DNA of 64,000 bases, taken from positions 1-64,000 of IMG/VR virus record IMGVR_UViG_3300023174_000104; one strand, 5' to 3'. The stretch comes from a virus. Of this stretch, positions 1 through 11,117 are shown in pieces. Numbering within the stretch: position 1 is the first letter of the stretch; each line of letters begins with the position of its first letter. The notes beneath the pieces are model-generated. The model was not told the DNA's origin, ran no database searches, and was given only the letters and a program-made list of their open reading frames with translations. A program made the translations under genes and the position numbers.

Positions 1-3000
1 CTTACTGTATAATCAACTCCGCGTATTAACTGAGTTACTATACCTGAAGTGTTAGTTAAATAAACCAATACACCATTATAATTTGCTGTAGCAAAATTAT
101 ATATTTTAGTTAAAGGGTATATACTAGTATCTAATGCGTTTGCAAAACTATAAGTGTTAGTTACATAAGCCGCCTTATTAGGCAACATGTCACTCCAAAA
201 GAAACTATTACTATCAATTTTTGCGTTAGTAATCTGATCCAACGCATCATCTAACATCTGAGCTGGACTCATATATATTGTATAGTCTGTACTATTAACG
301 GTATCAACTAGTAATGTTTTGAACGTAATATATTCTCTGCTATTATATAATAAAGCATTGAATAAATTATGATTTTGTTTACGTAAGAATGTACCGGGCA
401 ATACTAAACTAGCACTATTTTGTATAATTTTATTACCATATGGTACTAAATTACCTAAGTCACGATAATTGTTTGGTCCAAATACTTCACCGATTGTGTC
501 AGGATTATTATAAAAAATACTTTGATATTGTCCACGAATGTCGCCGACATTAACTTTAGTAACGTCAGCATTTAATGGATTATTATTTAAGTTAATTGGT
601 ATACTATAATATGCTGTGGTACTAACTTGGTCACTTAATAATAATATTTCAATTACAGTATCTATTAATGGGTTAGGTACAGTAAAAGTTACTATTGTTT
701 GTGTAGCTGTAGTAGTTACTTCATAATCACTATACGGTTGAATTTGATTATTTACAAAAACCTGTATAGTAGGCCATGCACTATCTGTATCAGCTAGTTT
801 AGCAATATCACATGTATAAGTAGTAGTTGGGTTACTAGTATAATAATTAAATTCAAATATTTGATATTGTACACTAGGGGCAATTGCTGTTTGCCAACCT
901 AATTGACGTATCGGTGTAGTAAGATTTGTATAATCATATACATAACCTGTATTAACTTTTTGAGTAATAGGAGTAGTACCGCTCACATAATTAAATGTTG
1001 CTGAATTTAATGACACATCAAAACTAATATCACCTACATTATCAATTGAACTGTATAATATTGAGAAGCCTAATATTGGATCATCTAATCCATAACCCAA
1101 ACTATATGAAAATAATTTATTACCAGCAAATGATGTTCCTACATATATTTCGCTATTACCAAAACTAATTCCATTATCATCAAATATATCAAATAACGGT
1201 GGTTGATTTACTGTGGTTTTTTGTTGACTTTCTATCCAATCTATTCCATCAAAGTAAAAATCCATACCTTCATAATTATAGCCTCTAAACACTACTGTTT
1301 GTTCATCAGCTAGTACCAACCCATCAGTTGCTTCTGTTAATGTGATAACAGGTTCGGAGCCAGGCACTAACGTAGAAAATCTAACATTATATATTTTATT
1401 TCGTACATTTAAAGAGGTGTCACCTGCAAAAACAATTCGTGCGCCATCAAACAAACTATAGCTATCGTTTTGTTGATCGTTGGCTGCTAATGACGTTGGC
1501 TCTGTAGTTGTAGTAATTATAATCAACCCTACCCATTCTACAGTTAATGTTGTAACTCCGGATACAGTAGATATAGCAGTAATTTGTGTGCTAGCTGGTA
1601 ATTGACTTGCGCCGTCAAACACCATATCAGTAACATATTGTCCAATTTGAAATCCACCGGTAATACCGTTTGTAGGAATTTCAATGGTAGTAGAAGTTAG
1701 TAACTCAATTGCTGTGCCAGTACCTGAACCTATTCCGGTTGCTGTAAATATAGTTCCTACAGTATTAGAACCAGCACCAATTAAAGTAAAATTAGTACTA
1801 CCAAGAGAAACTATTTTATATGTCTCACCTATTACAAATGATCCAGCAGTAAGTGTAGCAGATCCAGTAATATCGGCTGTATATGTTGTGTACACTTCTA
1901 CATCTGGATAATAATTTTCTTGTCCTGCAACATAATTAAGTGCATCAGTTGTTCTGAAATCAATAAAGTCAATTGGATCTTTTCCTATCACGCCTGAATT
2001 AAACATACGCAAATTGGGATAGAATTCAATAATTGGTCTTTTAGCTTTATTTGCCTGAGTAGCGTATAATGTAGCTAATTCAGGAGCATTATTATATGTT
2101 GCTGTTGCATTAATTACATCTATATGGAACCAACGATTACTTCTTGACCAAGCATTTTTGTCAATACTATTTCTAGCAATAGTAATATAATCAGGGGTCA
2201 CTGGAATATATAAATTACTATCATAATTTCCAATATCATATGGTGTTGTATCATACGGAATATATGTACCCAATGTGAATGGTTCTGGTGCTATTAAATC
2301 ATTAACTGCAATTAACTGAATTGCTGTGCCTACCCCTTCAACATAGTATCTTACATTTTCATAACTAGTAGGATAAATTTCACCAGAAAATATAACTTTT
2401 AACCCATTAGTGAATACAACACCATTAGGAGAAGTATAATTTTTCTTACCTAATATATCTACCGGTACATCAATACGATTAGTATTATTACTAGCAATAA
2501 TTTTTATTTGCCCAACTTTATTACTAGAGGTTCCGTCTTGATAATATAATGTATCTAATATTGAACTTATGTAAGGTATTAATGTGATTAGATTAGTAGT
2601 AGAACGATAAAAACTTCTACCAATCCATTCTGTACCATAATTAACTGTGATTTTTTGTTCTACTGGGATAGTACCGGCGGGTACTAATCTTATAACTGGA
2701 TTAGATACATCACCTTCATATGTAATTGTATAAAATGTAGCTGATAGGTCAGTGTAAAATCCACCATCATAATTTATAAAATCTGCTGTTGTTCCTGGTG
2801 GAACATACGGATCACCACCGGCTTCATCATATAACGTAGTTCCATAAAACTTAGAAATATATCCATCTAGTAAAATTGCTGTACCAGTACCAGCACCTAC
2901 TGCACTTACTTGTATACTATTACCGACAGCATAGGTAACACCGGTTGTTCCTGCAACAACATTCCAATCAGTAGTACCAAGATTATTAATAGTATATGTA

Positions 3001-3938
3001 TTACCTACCACTAATTGATTTGCGGGCACAATAGAATTATATGTTCCTGTATCGTTATAGAACATAAGAGTAAGACCCTGTAGTGAGGTTATACCATCAA
3101 TACCATTTGATAAACTACTAACGACTGCTCCATTGACTTGATCAAATGTTAGGGTACTAACTACGTCAACACGGTTGTTTCCGGGAAAATTATATTCGTC
3201 TTGTGCATTTTTAAATGGTACCGTAAATGTTACAACACCTTGTTCTGCTCCGTTATTGTCAACACCAAACACATCACGTGTTTGTATGTTTGGTTGTATA
3301 GGATCAAATCCAGTAATACCCGGAGCTCCTTGAATCCAAAATTTACTATTTTGATTAACACTAAAACGATATGTACCACCTTGTAATAAAGTTATTGATG
3401 GGTTAATAGTTCCTTGTGATTGTCCTTCAGGTGTAATAAGATAACCATTAGGTGTGTCGGTAACAATATAATCAGTGGCATTATAAACTGTTTCTGTACT
3501 AACTGTTACTGCTTCTGGTCCATCTGGAAGCCAATAATATTGAGTAAAGTTAATAATTTTATCAAGGTTAGTAAAACTATCCCAAGAATAAAATTGACTA
3601 GTAAATAAACGATTATTATCGTTTACTACACCACCTTCTAATTCTAAGCCATCAATTATTCCAGGATAACTAATAAAATCTTGTGCTGTATTTGTATCTT
3701 TCTTTAGAAAGACTACACCTGGATCTAACTGATAATCTGTCCTAATCTTTGTAGGTTCTGTAACATAATAATCTTTAGCATTGATCCCGTAACCAAATTT
3801 ACTACCTATATAACCTTCAATTTTTTTAACGTTGGGTTGGTCTACAATTTGATCTAATGTAGCATTTAAAAATTGACTATTGGTAGGTGTTTTAAATATT
3901 TCAGGTAGAAAATTTAGTGTTCTAATTCTTGTTGCCAT
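1..3938 (-). CDS. Large baseplate wedge/structural protein (gp7-like by position), 3'-truncated by the window edge
   Basis: Not in the ORF track. ATG at 3938 reads MATRIRTLNFLPEIFKTPTNSQFLNATLDQIV; the frame appears to stay open to the window edge (spot-checked only). Lies directly downstream of the gp6-like gene. Confidence 0.7.
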   Translation of the reverse strand, partial: MATRIRTLNFLPEIFKTPTNSQFLNATLDQIVDQPNVKKIEGYIGSKFGYGINAKDYYVTEPTKIRTDYQLDPGVVFLKKDTNTAQDFISYPGIIDGLELEGGVVNDNNRLFTSQFYSWDSFTNLDKIINFTQYYWLPDGPEAVTVSTETVYNATDYIVTDTPNGYLITPEGQSQGTINPSITLLQGGTYRFSVNQNSKFWIQGAPGITGFDPIQPNIQTRDVFGVDNNGAEQGVVTFTVPFKNAQDEYNFPGNNRVDVVSTLTFDQVNGAVVSSLSNGIDGITSLQGLTLMFYNDTGTYNSIVPANQLVVGNTYTINNLGTTDWNVVAGTTGVTYAVGNSIQVSAVGAGTGTAILLDGYISKFYGTTLYDEAGGDPYVPPGTTADFINYDGGFYTDLSATFYTITYEGDVSNPVIRLVPAGTIPVEQKITVNYGTEWIGRSFYRSTTNLITLIPYISSILDTLYYQDGTSSNKVGQIKIIASNNTNRIDVPVDILGKKNYTSPNGVVFTNGLKVIFSGEIYPTSYENVRYYVEGVGTAIQLIAVNDLIAPEPFTLGTYIPYDTTPYDIGNYDSNLYIPVTPDYITIARNSIDKNAWSRSNRWFHIDVINATATYNNAPELATLYATQANKAKRPIIEFYPNLRMFNSGVIGKDPIDFIDFRTTDALNYVAGQENYYPDVEVYTTYTADITGSATLTAGSFVIGETYKIVSLGSTNFTLIGAGSNTVGTIFTATGIGSGTGTAIELLTSTTIEIPTNGITGGFQIGQYVTDMVFDGASQLPASTQITAISTVSGVTTLTVEWVGLIIITTTTEPTSLAANDQQNDSYSLFDGARIVFAGDTSLNVRNKIYNVRFSTLVPGSEPVITLTEATDGLVLADEQTVVFRGYNYEGMDFYFDGIDWIESQQKTTVNQPPLFDIFDDNGISFGNSEIYVGTSFAGNKLFSYSLGYGLDDPILGFSILYSSIDNVGDISFDVSLNSATFNYVSGTTPITQKVNTGYVYDYTNLTTPIRQLGWQTAIAPSVQYQIFEFNYYTSNPTTTYTCDIAKLADTDSAWPTIQVFVNNQIQPYSDYEVTTTATQTIVTFTVPNPLIDTVIEILLLSDQVSTTAYYSIPINLNNNPLNADVTKVNVGDIRGQYQSIFYNNPDTIGEVFGPNNYRDLGNLVPYGNKIIQNSASLVLPGTFLRKQNHNLFNALLYNSREYITFKTLLVDTVNSTDYTIYMSPAQMLDDALDQITNAKIDSNSFFWSDMLPNKAAYVTNTYSFANALDTSIYPLTKIYNFATANYNGVLVYLTNTSGIVTQLIRGVDYTV

Positions 3939-3962
3939 TATTTCTCTCTATTAATATAGTAC

Positions 3963-6900
3963 TTATCTTATCTGTAATTGTGCTGGTGTAAGTGCGGCAA
4001 TTACAACTACATCATTTGCTGTTGCGCCATTTGCAAAGATTTCATATGGTGCGGCTTTTATTTCATATAAATCACCAAAACTCATTGTAGGGTCATTTGG
4101 AACTAATACTGCGGAACTAATTAATGCGCCCAATTGAGAATGTAAATAGGCACTTAATTCAGTAAAGTAAAACGTATCACCAAATGTCCAGTTATTAATA
4201 TCAAAGTATGTGTTCATAGCAGATAGAACAGCACTACGAATTTCACTATCACTTGCATTTGTATTAGCGGCTTTAATAACTTTTATAGTTGCTCTTAACT
4301 GACTTGGAGCTTTAGGTCCAAATAAAGGTACAAATACCACGCTATTTAAAATAACGCTATCACTTAACATCTTATAATCATTCAATGAACCATATGATTG
4401 GCTTAACTCATTAATAGTTGGTCTATCTGGCATCGGAACTGTACCAGTAATATCTTGTAACCAATTTTGATAAGCTGTATAATAAGCTTGTGTTACAACA
4501 TACAAATCAATAATATTAGTAGTAGCCGGATCAATACGTGTAGTATTATTACTATTATGGCGATATTGAAATTGTAATCCTTGTCTACCAGCTTTCATAA
4601 TATATTGCGGTTGTTCAGTTAAAACATAATATAATGTATTAACTGTTTGGTCTTGTATAGTTTTATAAAATACATTATCTGTAAAAGCGTAGAATAATTG
4701 TCCTTCATGATAATCATACTTAACAACTTCAATTTGAGTTTTAGTAGAGTATTGATATACAACAGTTGAAGATGCTATTAATTGATAACGTGAGAGATTA
4801 ATAGCATCTTCAATAAGTTCAAAAAAAGTATATATACCGATATTAGCATTACCATTAACATACCCGGTTACTTCACTAAAGAAATCAGGGTCACTAATTA
4901 GGGTTCTATCATTAACATCAATACTTGCTATTTCTACTTCAAAATCATTTACATAGCCGTCACTTTCAACAGTTTGTCCAATAATGCTAGTTGTTACTGG
5001 ACTAGCTAATGGATTATTACTGTTAGGCTGTGTGTTAGTTGCTAAAACTTTTACATAATCTTGTAAGATTTTACCACTAAACGGATCATATACTAATTTA
5101 CCTGTTTCATAAGTGAAACGTGTATCAGCTACACTTCCAAAGTAATAAGATAACGAACGATAGGATACACTATAACGATTGTTTCCTAAACTTAAAAAGT
5201 TTACAAAATAATTACTTGCATCATATGCACCAATACTCCAACGGTCTTGTGCAATGGTTAAGCTGTTATTAAATAACAAACTAAAACTTTGATTTAATTC
5301 CATTCTTACAATACACTCTTGTATTACAATATTAGGTAGTGAGTTATCAAATGCAGGTAATATAGTAGAAGCTATTGCAGCCTGCGGTACATAATCATTT
5401 AATGTTATTGGACCTGTTCCATTACTAAAGCCACCTTCACCATTATTATAACCATCGCCTATAACATTTAAGACAGTAGTCCATATATAATTTTTATTAG
5501 ACGGTCCGGCAATTCCTGATACTAATCTATTTGTGTCGTTAAAATAATATCCACTAGGAGCAATAAATTTTATTAATGCACCCTTAGTTACATATTTCAT
5601 GTTATAAGATGAATACGTTCCTACGGGAATAGGTACATTATCACTTCCACTTATATTATAAAAATATCCAGTTAAACTATTAGCATTGACCGTTTTAACT
5701 TGCCAATACACAGTTCCATCTCCAGACTGTGCATTAACATTATAACGAGTATAATTTTGTATATAATATTGTCTTGCACGATTATCAGCTAATAGTGATG
5801 ATAATTTATCAGTTAGAAAAGTAATAATATCACCGGATGTGGTAATAGTTAGTAGTTCATTACCATTAGTACTATCTTGGTAAATACCACCATCATTTGC
5901 AAAACTATTAGTGCTGGAGTATTTTCCGGTAGGATCTAACAGGTCTAAGTTTTTTGATACACCAACAGAACTACGGTTAATAGCTTTGCTTTTAATAATA
6001 GAACTGTATAATGTATATGGGAAATTATTGTAATCTTCACCATTAACCATTCTATTCTGGGTATAGTAGCGAGTAGGGGCACGTTGTTTAATGTTTGCTA
6101 ATGTTTCTCTTGCCTGTGCATTTGACACGGGTGTCTGTAATTCTAATCCTATTGTAAGTGTTTCTGTTCGTCCTACTCTACTAATATAACTTATTGTAAC
6201 TGATAGATTCTGCATTTCAGTTGGATCAATAGTATATGTCAATGCATTACCTGCACGTACATATGCTCTAAATGTTCCAACTGGAATCTCGGAAAATACT
6301 CCGTCACCAAAAACGTAACTAACTTGGTCATTAAATCTGGAACCTACTGAGAATATTCTACGAATACTATTTTCAGTTTGTAAATATGCGTCAGCATATA
6401 CATTTTCTACTTGTTTCCATAACGTTCTATTAACTGTAGAACTGTTATCCGTGCTTAATTGATATAACCAGGTGTCAGTATTATTAATACCCTGAATGTC
6501 ACCAATATCAACTACTTGATTACTAATTTGTTGTGCTAAATTAAAATCAAAGTTTTGTAAATTGCCTTGTTTAAAGTAAAAGAAAAACCCTGTATTTGGA
6601 CTACCGTAACCCAATTTGTCATTGCGATAAACCATATTCATTATACCGGTTGGGGCAGGTGGTATCTCATAAACATAATCTTCTCCAACACTAGTTACGC
6701 TAACTAATTCAAAGTTCATAGTTTGATTATCCACAGTTGATGTGAATGGTACTATAGGTAAACTAGCTGGTGGAATATTAATAGCATATTCATCTGTTTT
6801 GATACCTAGAATTTGAGCACTATTTCCTGGGAGACCGATACGCTGTGTGTTAATTAATGTGGCATTAATAATAGTATTAAATTGTTCTAACCAATTAATA

Positions 6901-7346
6901 TTTGCAGGGTCATTCCATAATACAGTTTGATTACTTAAATTGAATCCATTTAAATCAGTAATGTTTTCACTAGTTTGAATACTGGTTACTTTAATATAAC
7001 CTTGACCAGCTAGATTACGTTTAGCGGTATAACTAACCAAATTAGCAAGTTTAATAACGCTATCTCTACGTTCAGCAGTATCAATAAAGTTTTCACGTGC
7101 ATTTAAATCACTACGGAAAGCAAGACCCTGACCCATGAACGCCATAACATCTAATAAAGCAATAAATTCACTTGATTCAATATAGTCATTAAAGGTTTCA
7201 GGATAGTAAACACGTAAATAGTCAATAAAACTTTTACGTAGTGTTTCATAGTCGTAACTACGAAAATCGGCTTCACGGAAGGTTTGATAGATTGCCTTCC
7301 AATCGTTGACGCCGAATAGTGCTGATTGTCGTGAACTTGTAGCCAT
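3963..7346 (-). CDS. gp6: Baseplate wedge subunit, T4 gp6-like
   Basis: N-terminal DFRSYDYETLRKSFIDYL...DYIESSEFIALLDVMAF...ENFIDTAERRDSV and the later ETLANIKQRAP...QNRMVNGEDY are typical gp6/baseplate-J motifs. Follows the gp25-like gene. Confidence 0.85.
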   Translation of the reverse strand: MATSSRQSALFGVNDWKAIYQTFREADFRSYDYETLRKSFIDYLRVYYPETFNDYIESSEFIALLDVMAFMGQGLAFRSDLNARENFIDTAERRDSVIKLANLVSYTAKRNLAGQGYIKVTSIQTSENITDLNGFNLSNQTVLWNDPANINWLEQFNTIINATLINTQRIGLPGNSAQILGIKTDEYAINIPPASLPIVPFTSTVDNQTMNFELVSVTSVGEDYVYEIPPAPTGIMNMVYRNDKLGYGSPNTGFFFYFKQGNLQNFDFNLAQQISNQVVDIGDIQGINNTDTWLYQLSTDNSSTVNRTLWKQVENVYADAYLQTENSIRRIFSVGSRFNDQVSYVFGDGVFSEIPVGTFRAYVRAGNALTYTIDPTEMQNLSVTISYISRVGRTETLTIGLELQTPVSNAQARETLANIKQRAPTRYYTQNRMVNGEDYNNFPYTLYSSIIKSKAINRSSVGVSKNLDLLDPTGKYSSTNSFANDGGIYQDSTNGNELLTITTSGDIITFLTDKLSSLLADNRARQYYIQNYTRYNVNAQSGDGTVYWQVKTVNANSLTGYFYNISGSDNVPIPVGTYSSYNMKYVTKGALIKFIAPSGYYFNDTNRLVSGIAGPSNKNYIWTTVLNVIGDGYNNGEGGFSNGTGPITLNDYVPQAAIASTILPAFDNSLPNIVIQECIVRMELNQSFSLLFNNSLTIAQDRWSIGAYDASNYFVNFLSLGNNRYSVSYRSLSYYFGSVADTRFTYETGKLVYDPFSGKILQDYVKVLATNTQPNSNNPLASPVTTSIIGQTVESDGYVNDFEVEIASIDVNDRTLISDPDFFSEVTGYVNGNANIGIYTFFELIEDAINLSRYQLIASSTVVYQYSTKTQIEVVKYDYHEGQLFYAFTDNVFYKTIQDQTVNTLYYVLTEQPQYIMKAGRQGLQFQYRHNSNNTTRIDPATTNIIDLYVVTQAYYTAYQNWLQDITGTVPMPDRPTINELSQSYGSLNDYKMLSDSVILNSVVFVPLFGPKAPSQLRATIKVIKAANTNASDSEIRSAVLSAMNTYFDINNWTFGDTFYFTELSAYLHSQLGALISSAVLVPNDPTMSFGDLYEIKAAPYEIFANGATANDVVVIAALTPAQLQIR

Positions 7347-7400
7347 AATGGTATTCTCTTTTAAGTATTTATCTTAAATAAAAACACTACTTTTGGAAGA

Positions 7401-7850
7401 TTATTGAATTACTGCTGTATTAGTGCTATTATTGAAGAAAACACTAAGAGTTTGTGCGTTATTGAAGGGTGTTACAGCTAGCTCAATTTCTATTAATATC
7501 CCGTTTTCTTGCGGGTATGCACTAACAGTATTTAATAACATTCTTGGATCCTGAGTAGCAACTCGTCTTATTTCATTTTCTAATTGATTTTGTACATCAA
7601 ACGTGTTAGGTTCAAAAACAAAACTCCATAGTGTAGTACCGTAACTTGGATTACCAACTTTTTGTCCTTGCTGAATATTCAATGCATTAATGAAATCTTG
7701 TATAACTAACTGTTCATCTACTAATCTATATTTCTTGCCCGGAATAACTGGTTGCACCATAGAACCTACCCCACCTGCAATACCGGCTGGTAAATTAGTT
7801 GAACGGGGCTTGTTAGCGTTAATTGTACTGAAACCTATATATGATGGCAT
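7401..7850 (-). CDS. gp25: Baseplate wedge subunit, gp25-like
   Basis: LVIQDFINALNIQQGQKVGNPSYGTTLWSFVFEP...DPR matches the gp25/GPW fold pattern; 149 aa. Confidence 0.85.
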   Translation of the reverse strand: MPSYIGFSTINANKPRSTNLPAGIAGGVGSMVQPVIPGKKYRLVDEQLVIQDFINALNIQQGQKVGNPSYGTTLWSFVFEPNTFDVQNQLENEIRRVATQDPRMLLNTVSAYPQENGILIEIELAVTPFNNAQTLSVFFNNSTNTAVIQ

Positions 7851-7869
7851 GTTTTATCCTATAACATAT

Positions 7870-10800
7870 TTATGCTATGTTGTTTCGTTCATTCAGTAGG
7901 TCATACCCTTTTTTCTGAAGTGCTAATAACTGTGATCTGTATTGTTGTGTTGTTTCGTATATTGCCCTGACTGATGGATCGCCCGCGGGTAAGTTTTTAT
8001 TTGCATTTTCATATGTTTCTGCAGATGCATTATATTGTGCTCTAACTGTTTTAGCTTCCTCATTTAAAGCCTCTAATTTTGCATCAATTTCTTTATACTT
8101 TTCTTTTTTTGCATCTATTTTAGATAATCCAGCCTTATATACATCGTCACTAATACCAGCAAAGTTTGGTACTGGTATTTTTGCATCACCTAATAGACTA
8201 GTAACTTGTGACGTTAATTCACTTCTATCTGTAGTGTTAATAGCTACGGTAGGTAATTTAATTTGTACTGCTCCGCCCGAACTCATTGCACTAATAGCTG
8301 AATTTAATTGTGCTGCTGCACTGGTCGGTAATCCAGCAGAGGCTAGTGAGGCTAATGTTAGTTTTCCACTCTTTAAATCATCTAACCCTTTTGTTAGTGC
8401 TCCGGATGCCCCGGCAACTGCATTTAATGCACCTGAAGGTGCTAATGGATTGATTGATGATACATTAGATAATCCGTTTGTAATTGCAGATGCTTGACCA
8501 ATTAATCCTGTTACGGCAGTAACGCCCGGTACACTATTAATTGCCCCGAATGCATTATTAACGACAGATGCAACTACATTAGCACCGCCGGGTAATGCTC
8601 CCAATCCAGTAGATAGATTTGCGGTTGGGGACAATGCTGTTTTTATTAAGCCAGTAGCTGCTCCTATTGCTCCGCTTATTGCGCCGGTCACTGAACCCAA
8701 TGCACCTGATAATGGATTAGATGACGGGGCTTGTGCGGTTGCTTGAGCTTTTTCAGTAATCTCTCTAATGTTTTGCGGTACACCAGCTTGTAATGTAGGG
8801 AATGCTCCGGTAATTGCCGCAAATGCACTACCTGCTACTCCTTTAGCACTATCTAATAATCCTGCTATTCCACCTATAGCACCTTTAGCCATTCCACCCA
8901 ATGAGCCAACAACACTACTTAATCCACCTGTTACAGTACTTGCTAAGTTACCGGCAAAATTACCTGCTGATACTAAACTGCTAGCTGATCCTAATACATT
9001 ATTCAATGCTCCTGTAGCCGCTCCTACTACATTTGACACTGCGCCATTAACTGCACCTAATGCTGATCTAGAGGCGTTACTAACAAAGTTAACTGTATTT
9101 TGTACACCTGAAGTTGAGGCAGACATTACTAAACCTGCTATAGATGTACCAGATTCTTTACCTGTAATCAAGCCTGTTTGTGTTAACGTAGATTGTGCTT
9201 GTTGCATTGTTTGTACAGCTCCGGCAACTTGTGCTCCAGGATTATTTACATAGCTAGTTAAACTTGTTACACCATCTTTACCTGTAAATAAATTTGGAGT
9301 TAGTGCTTGTTGTATTGTTTTTCCATTCTGTACTAAACTATTAACTAATGCTGCCGATCCCGGTTTAATTGTTCCACTTGCTTCCATTTGCGCAGGACTT
9401 TGTGCCATAGCACCCGCTACTGCAACAGCACCCTGTGCTGTTTGTACTACTCCTGCACCCAATTTAACTGCGGCAGCTGCCGGTCCAGTTGCGGCTAATG
9501 TAGATAATTGTCCAACCATTGTGCCTGTCATATTCTTATCTAAAGCCGCACTAATTGCGGCTGAAGGTGGTACGGTAGATGCCACTGCCGCAGTTACAGG
9601 GTTAGTTGGTGCACCTGCATTTGCATTTGCAGATGCCACTGCCGCAGACGGTGCTGTTGGTAATGCCGCACTAGCATTGTTGTTAACCTTAACATCAACT
9701 CCCTGATTTGCACTAGCCCATGGTGCATGAGCTGGTGCTCTACTAACAATACTTAATAACTTGCCAGGTGCCGCTGCCCAACCTTTAACTGCATCATTTA
9801 ATGTATCAGTATGTGCTAATACTGGTAATGGTTTTACTTCTTGTGGTACAAGGCTAGAGGCACCTGTATTTAAGTTAATTTTACTACCATTAATGTAAGT
9901 GACTACATCACTATAGAACGATGCATCTGCTCCGCTTGCAAAACTCATCTGTCCATCAACTTTAGTGGTGTACTTACCAGAAGCATATAAACTAAAATCT
10001 GTTCCAACTTTTTGTGTAGTTTCTTTTTCACTATTAATAGCAATTGTATCAGCACTTATGTTTAATTGTTTACCTGCATTAATATTAATATTATTATCAG
10101 CATGAAGATTTAAATCTCCCTGTGTTCTTACATTGAATGAATTAGTAGAGTACATATCAATTGTACCTTCTTTACCTAACTCAATATAACTTTGTCCATT
10201 AGCATGAATGATGAATAATGTTTGACCATCATCACTCATTAATATTTGATGTCCTAAACTGCTACGTAATCTTACTAGTTGATCACGACCTAAAATGTCA
10301 CCATCATCCATTACTAATGTGTGGCCACCTCTACGTGCTACTACATTTAGTCCAGTAGGTTTCTCACTTGTTGCTGCCGTAGCAATTGATTCATCAGTAT
10401 ATCCACCTTCATATATAGGTCGTCCCGGTGTACTTACTCCCCAGCCAACACGACTTGGACTTTCACGCTGGGCACTAGATCCTATAACACCTCTAATAGG
10501 GTCTCTAATTAATCCCTGTTGTGCTAATATACTAGCAACGTAACTATGTACAGGTTTAGCATCAGTTAAAAACTTTCCGGTATTAGCAATACCCAAGTTA
10601 TTTGTATTAATATTAGTAACAGGTAACCTAACAGCACCACCTAGACCTTTTGCTTCACCTGCATTTGCTACAATATTATCTGTTCCGCCGATGGCAGGCA
10701 CCATTTGTAATGCGTCTGGCTGTGGCACACATCCAATCCAAAATCCATAATTAGGATCACCGTTAATGAATACACAAATAACAGTTGTCCCAATATCAGG

Positions 10801-11103
10801 TGGACTATTCCAAACACCATAACTGTTTGGATTCTTGGTGTATTCTCCGTAGCCTGTATTAGCGCCGGAAGGAGTTGTAACCCCGTAAAATGGACTCATA
10901 TAACTTACTGTAACCCAAGTAGAACTATCATCAGAATCTTCTCCACTTGCATCACTAATGTAAACTTGCAATCTTCCTGAACGAATAGGATCAATATTGT
11001 TTTTTACAACACCAAATACTGGTAATTCACGTAGTACTGCACCACCTGCATCAGCTTTACTTGCTTTTGTCGCCCCGCGGGGTTTAAATCCATCGTATTC
11101 CAT
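7870..11103 (-). CDS. Baseplate central spike, gp5/VgrG-like, with a long Ala/Gly/Ser-rich C-terminal extension
   Basis: N-terminal OB-fold signature GVVKNNIDPIRSGRLQV...PPDIGTTVICVF, then GHTLVMDD...GHQILMSD and beta-helix-like repeats. No lysozyme motif seen. Confidence 0.75.
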   Translation of the reverse strand: MEYDGFKPRGATKASKADAGGAVLRELPVFGVVKNNIDPIRSGRLQVYISDASGEDSDDSSTWVTVSYMSPFYGVTTPSGANTGYGEYTKNPNSYGVWNSPPDIGTTVICVFINGDPNYGFWIGCVPQPDALQMVPAIGGTDNIVANAGEAKGLGGAVRLPVTNINTNNLGIANTGKFLTDAKPVHSYVASILAQQGLIRDPIRGVIGSSAQRESPSRVGWGVSTPGRPIYEGGYTDESIATAATSEKPTGLNVVARRGGHTLVMDDGDILGRDQLVRLRSSLGHQILMSDDGQTLFIIHANGQSYIELGKEGTIDMYSTNSFNVRTQGDLNLHADNNININAGKQLNISADTIAINSEKETTQKVGTDFSLYASGKYTTKVDGQMSFASGADASFYSDVVTYINGSKINLNTGASSLVPQEVKPLPVLAHTDTLNDAVKGWAAAPGKLLSIVSRAPAHAPWASANQGVDVKVNNNASAALPTAPSAAVASANANAGAPTNPVTAAVASTVPPSAAISAALDKNMTGTMVGQLSTLAATGPAAAAVKLGAGVVQTAQGAVAVAGAMAQSPAQMEASGTIKPGSAALVNSLVQNGKTIQQALTPNLFTGKDGVTSLTSYVNNPGAQVAGAVQTMQQAQSTLTQTGLITGKESGTSIAGLVMSASTSGVQNTVNFVSNASRSALGAVNGAVSNVVGAATGALNNVLGSASSLVSAGNFAGNLASTVTGGLSSVVGSLGGMAKGAIGGIAGLLDSAKGVAGSAFAAITGAFPTLQAGVPQNIREITEKAQATAQAPSSNPLSGALGSVTGAISGAIGAATGLIKTALSPTANLSTGLGALPGGANVVASVVNNAFGAINSVPGVTAVTGLIGQASAITNGLSNVSSINPLAPSGALNAVAGASGALTKGLDDLKSGKLTLASLASAGLPTSAAAQLNSAISAMSSGGAVQIKLPTVAINTTDRSELTSQVTSLLGDAKIPVPNFAGISDDVYKAGLSKIDAKKEKYKEIDAKLEALNEEAKTVRAQYNASAETYENANKNLPAGDPSVRAIYETTQQYRSQLLALQKKGYDLLNERNNIA

Positions 11104-11117
11104 AATATTTCTTTAAG

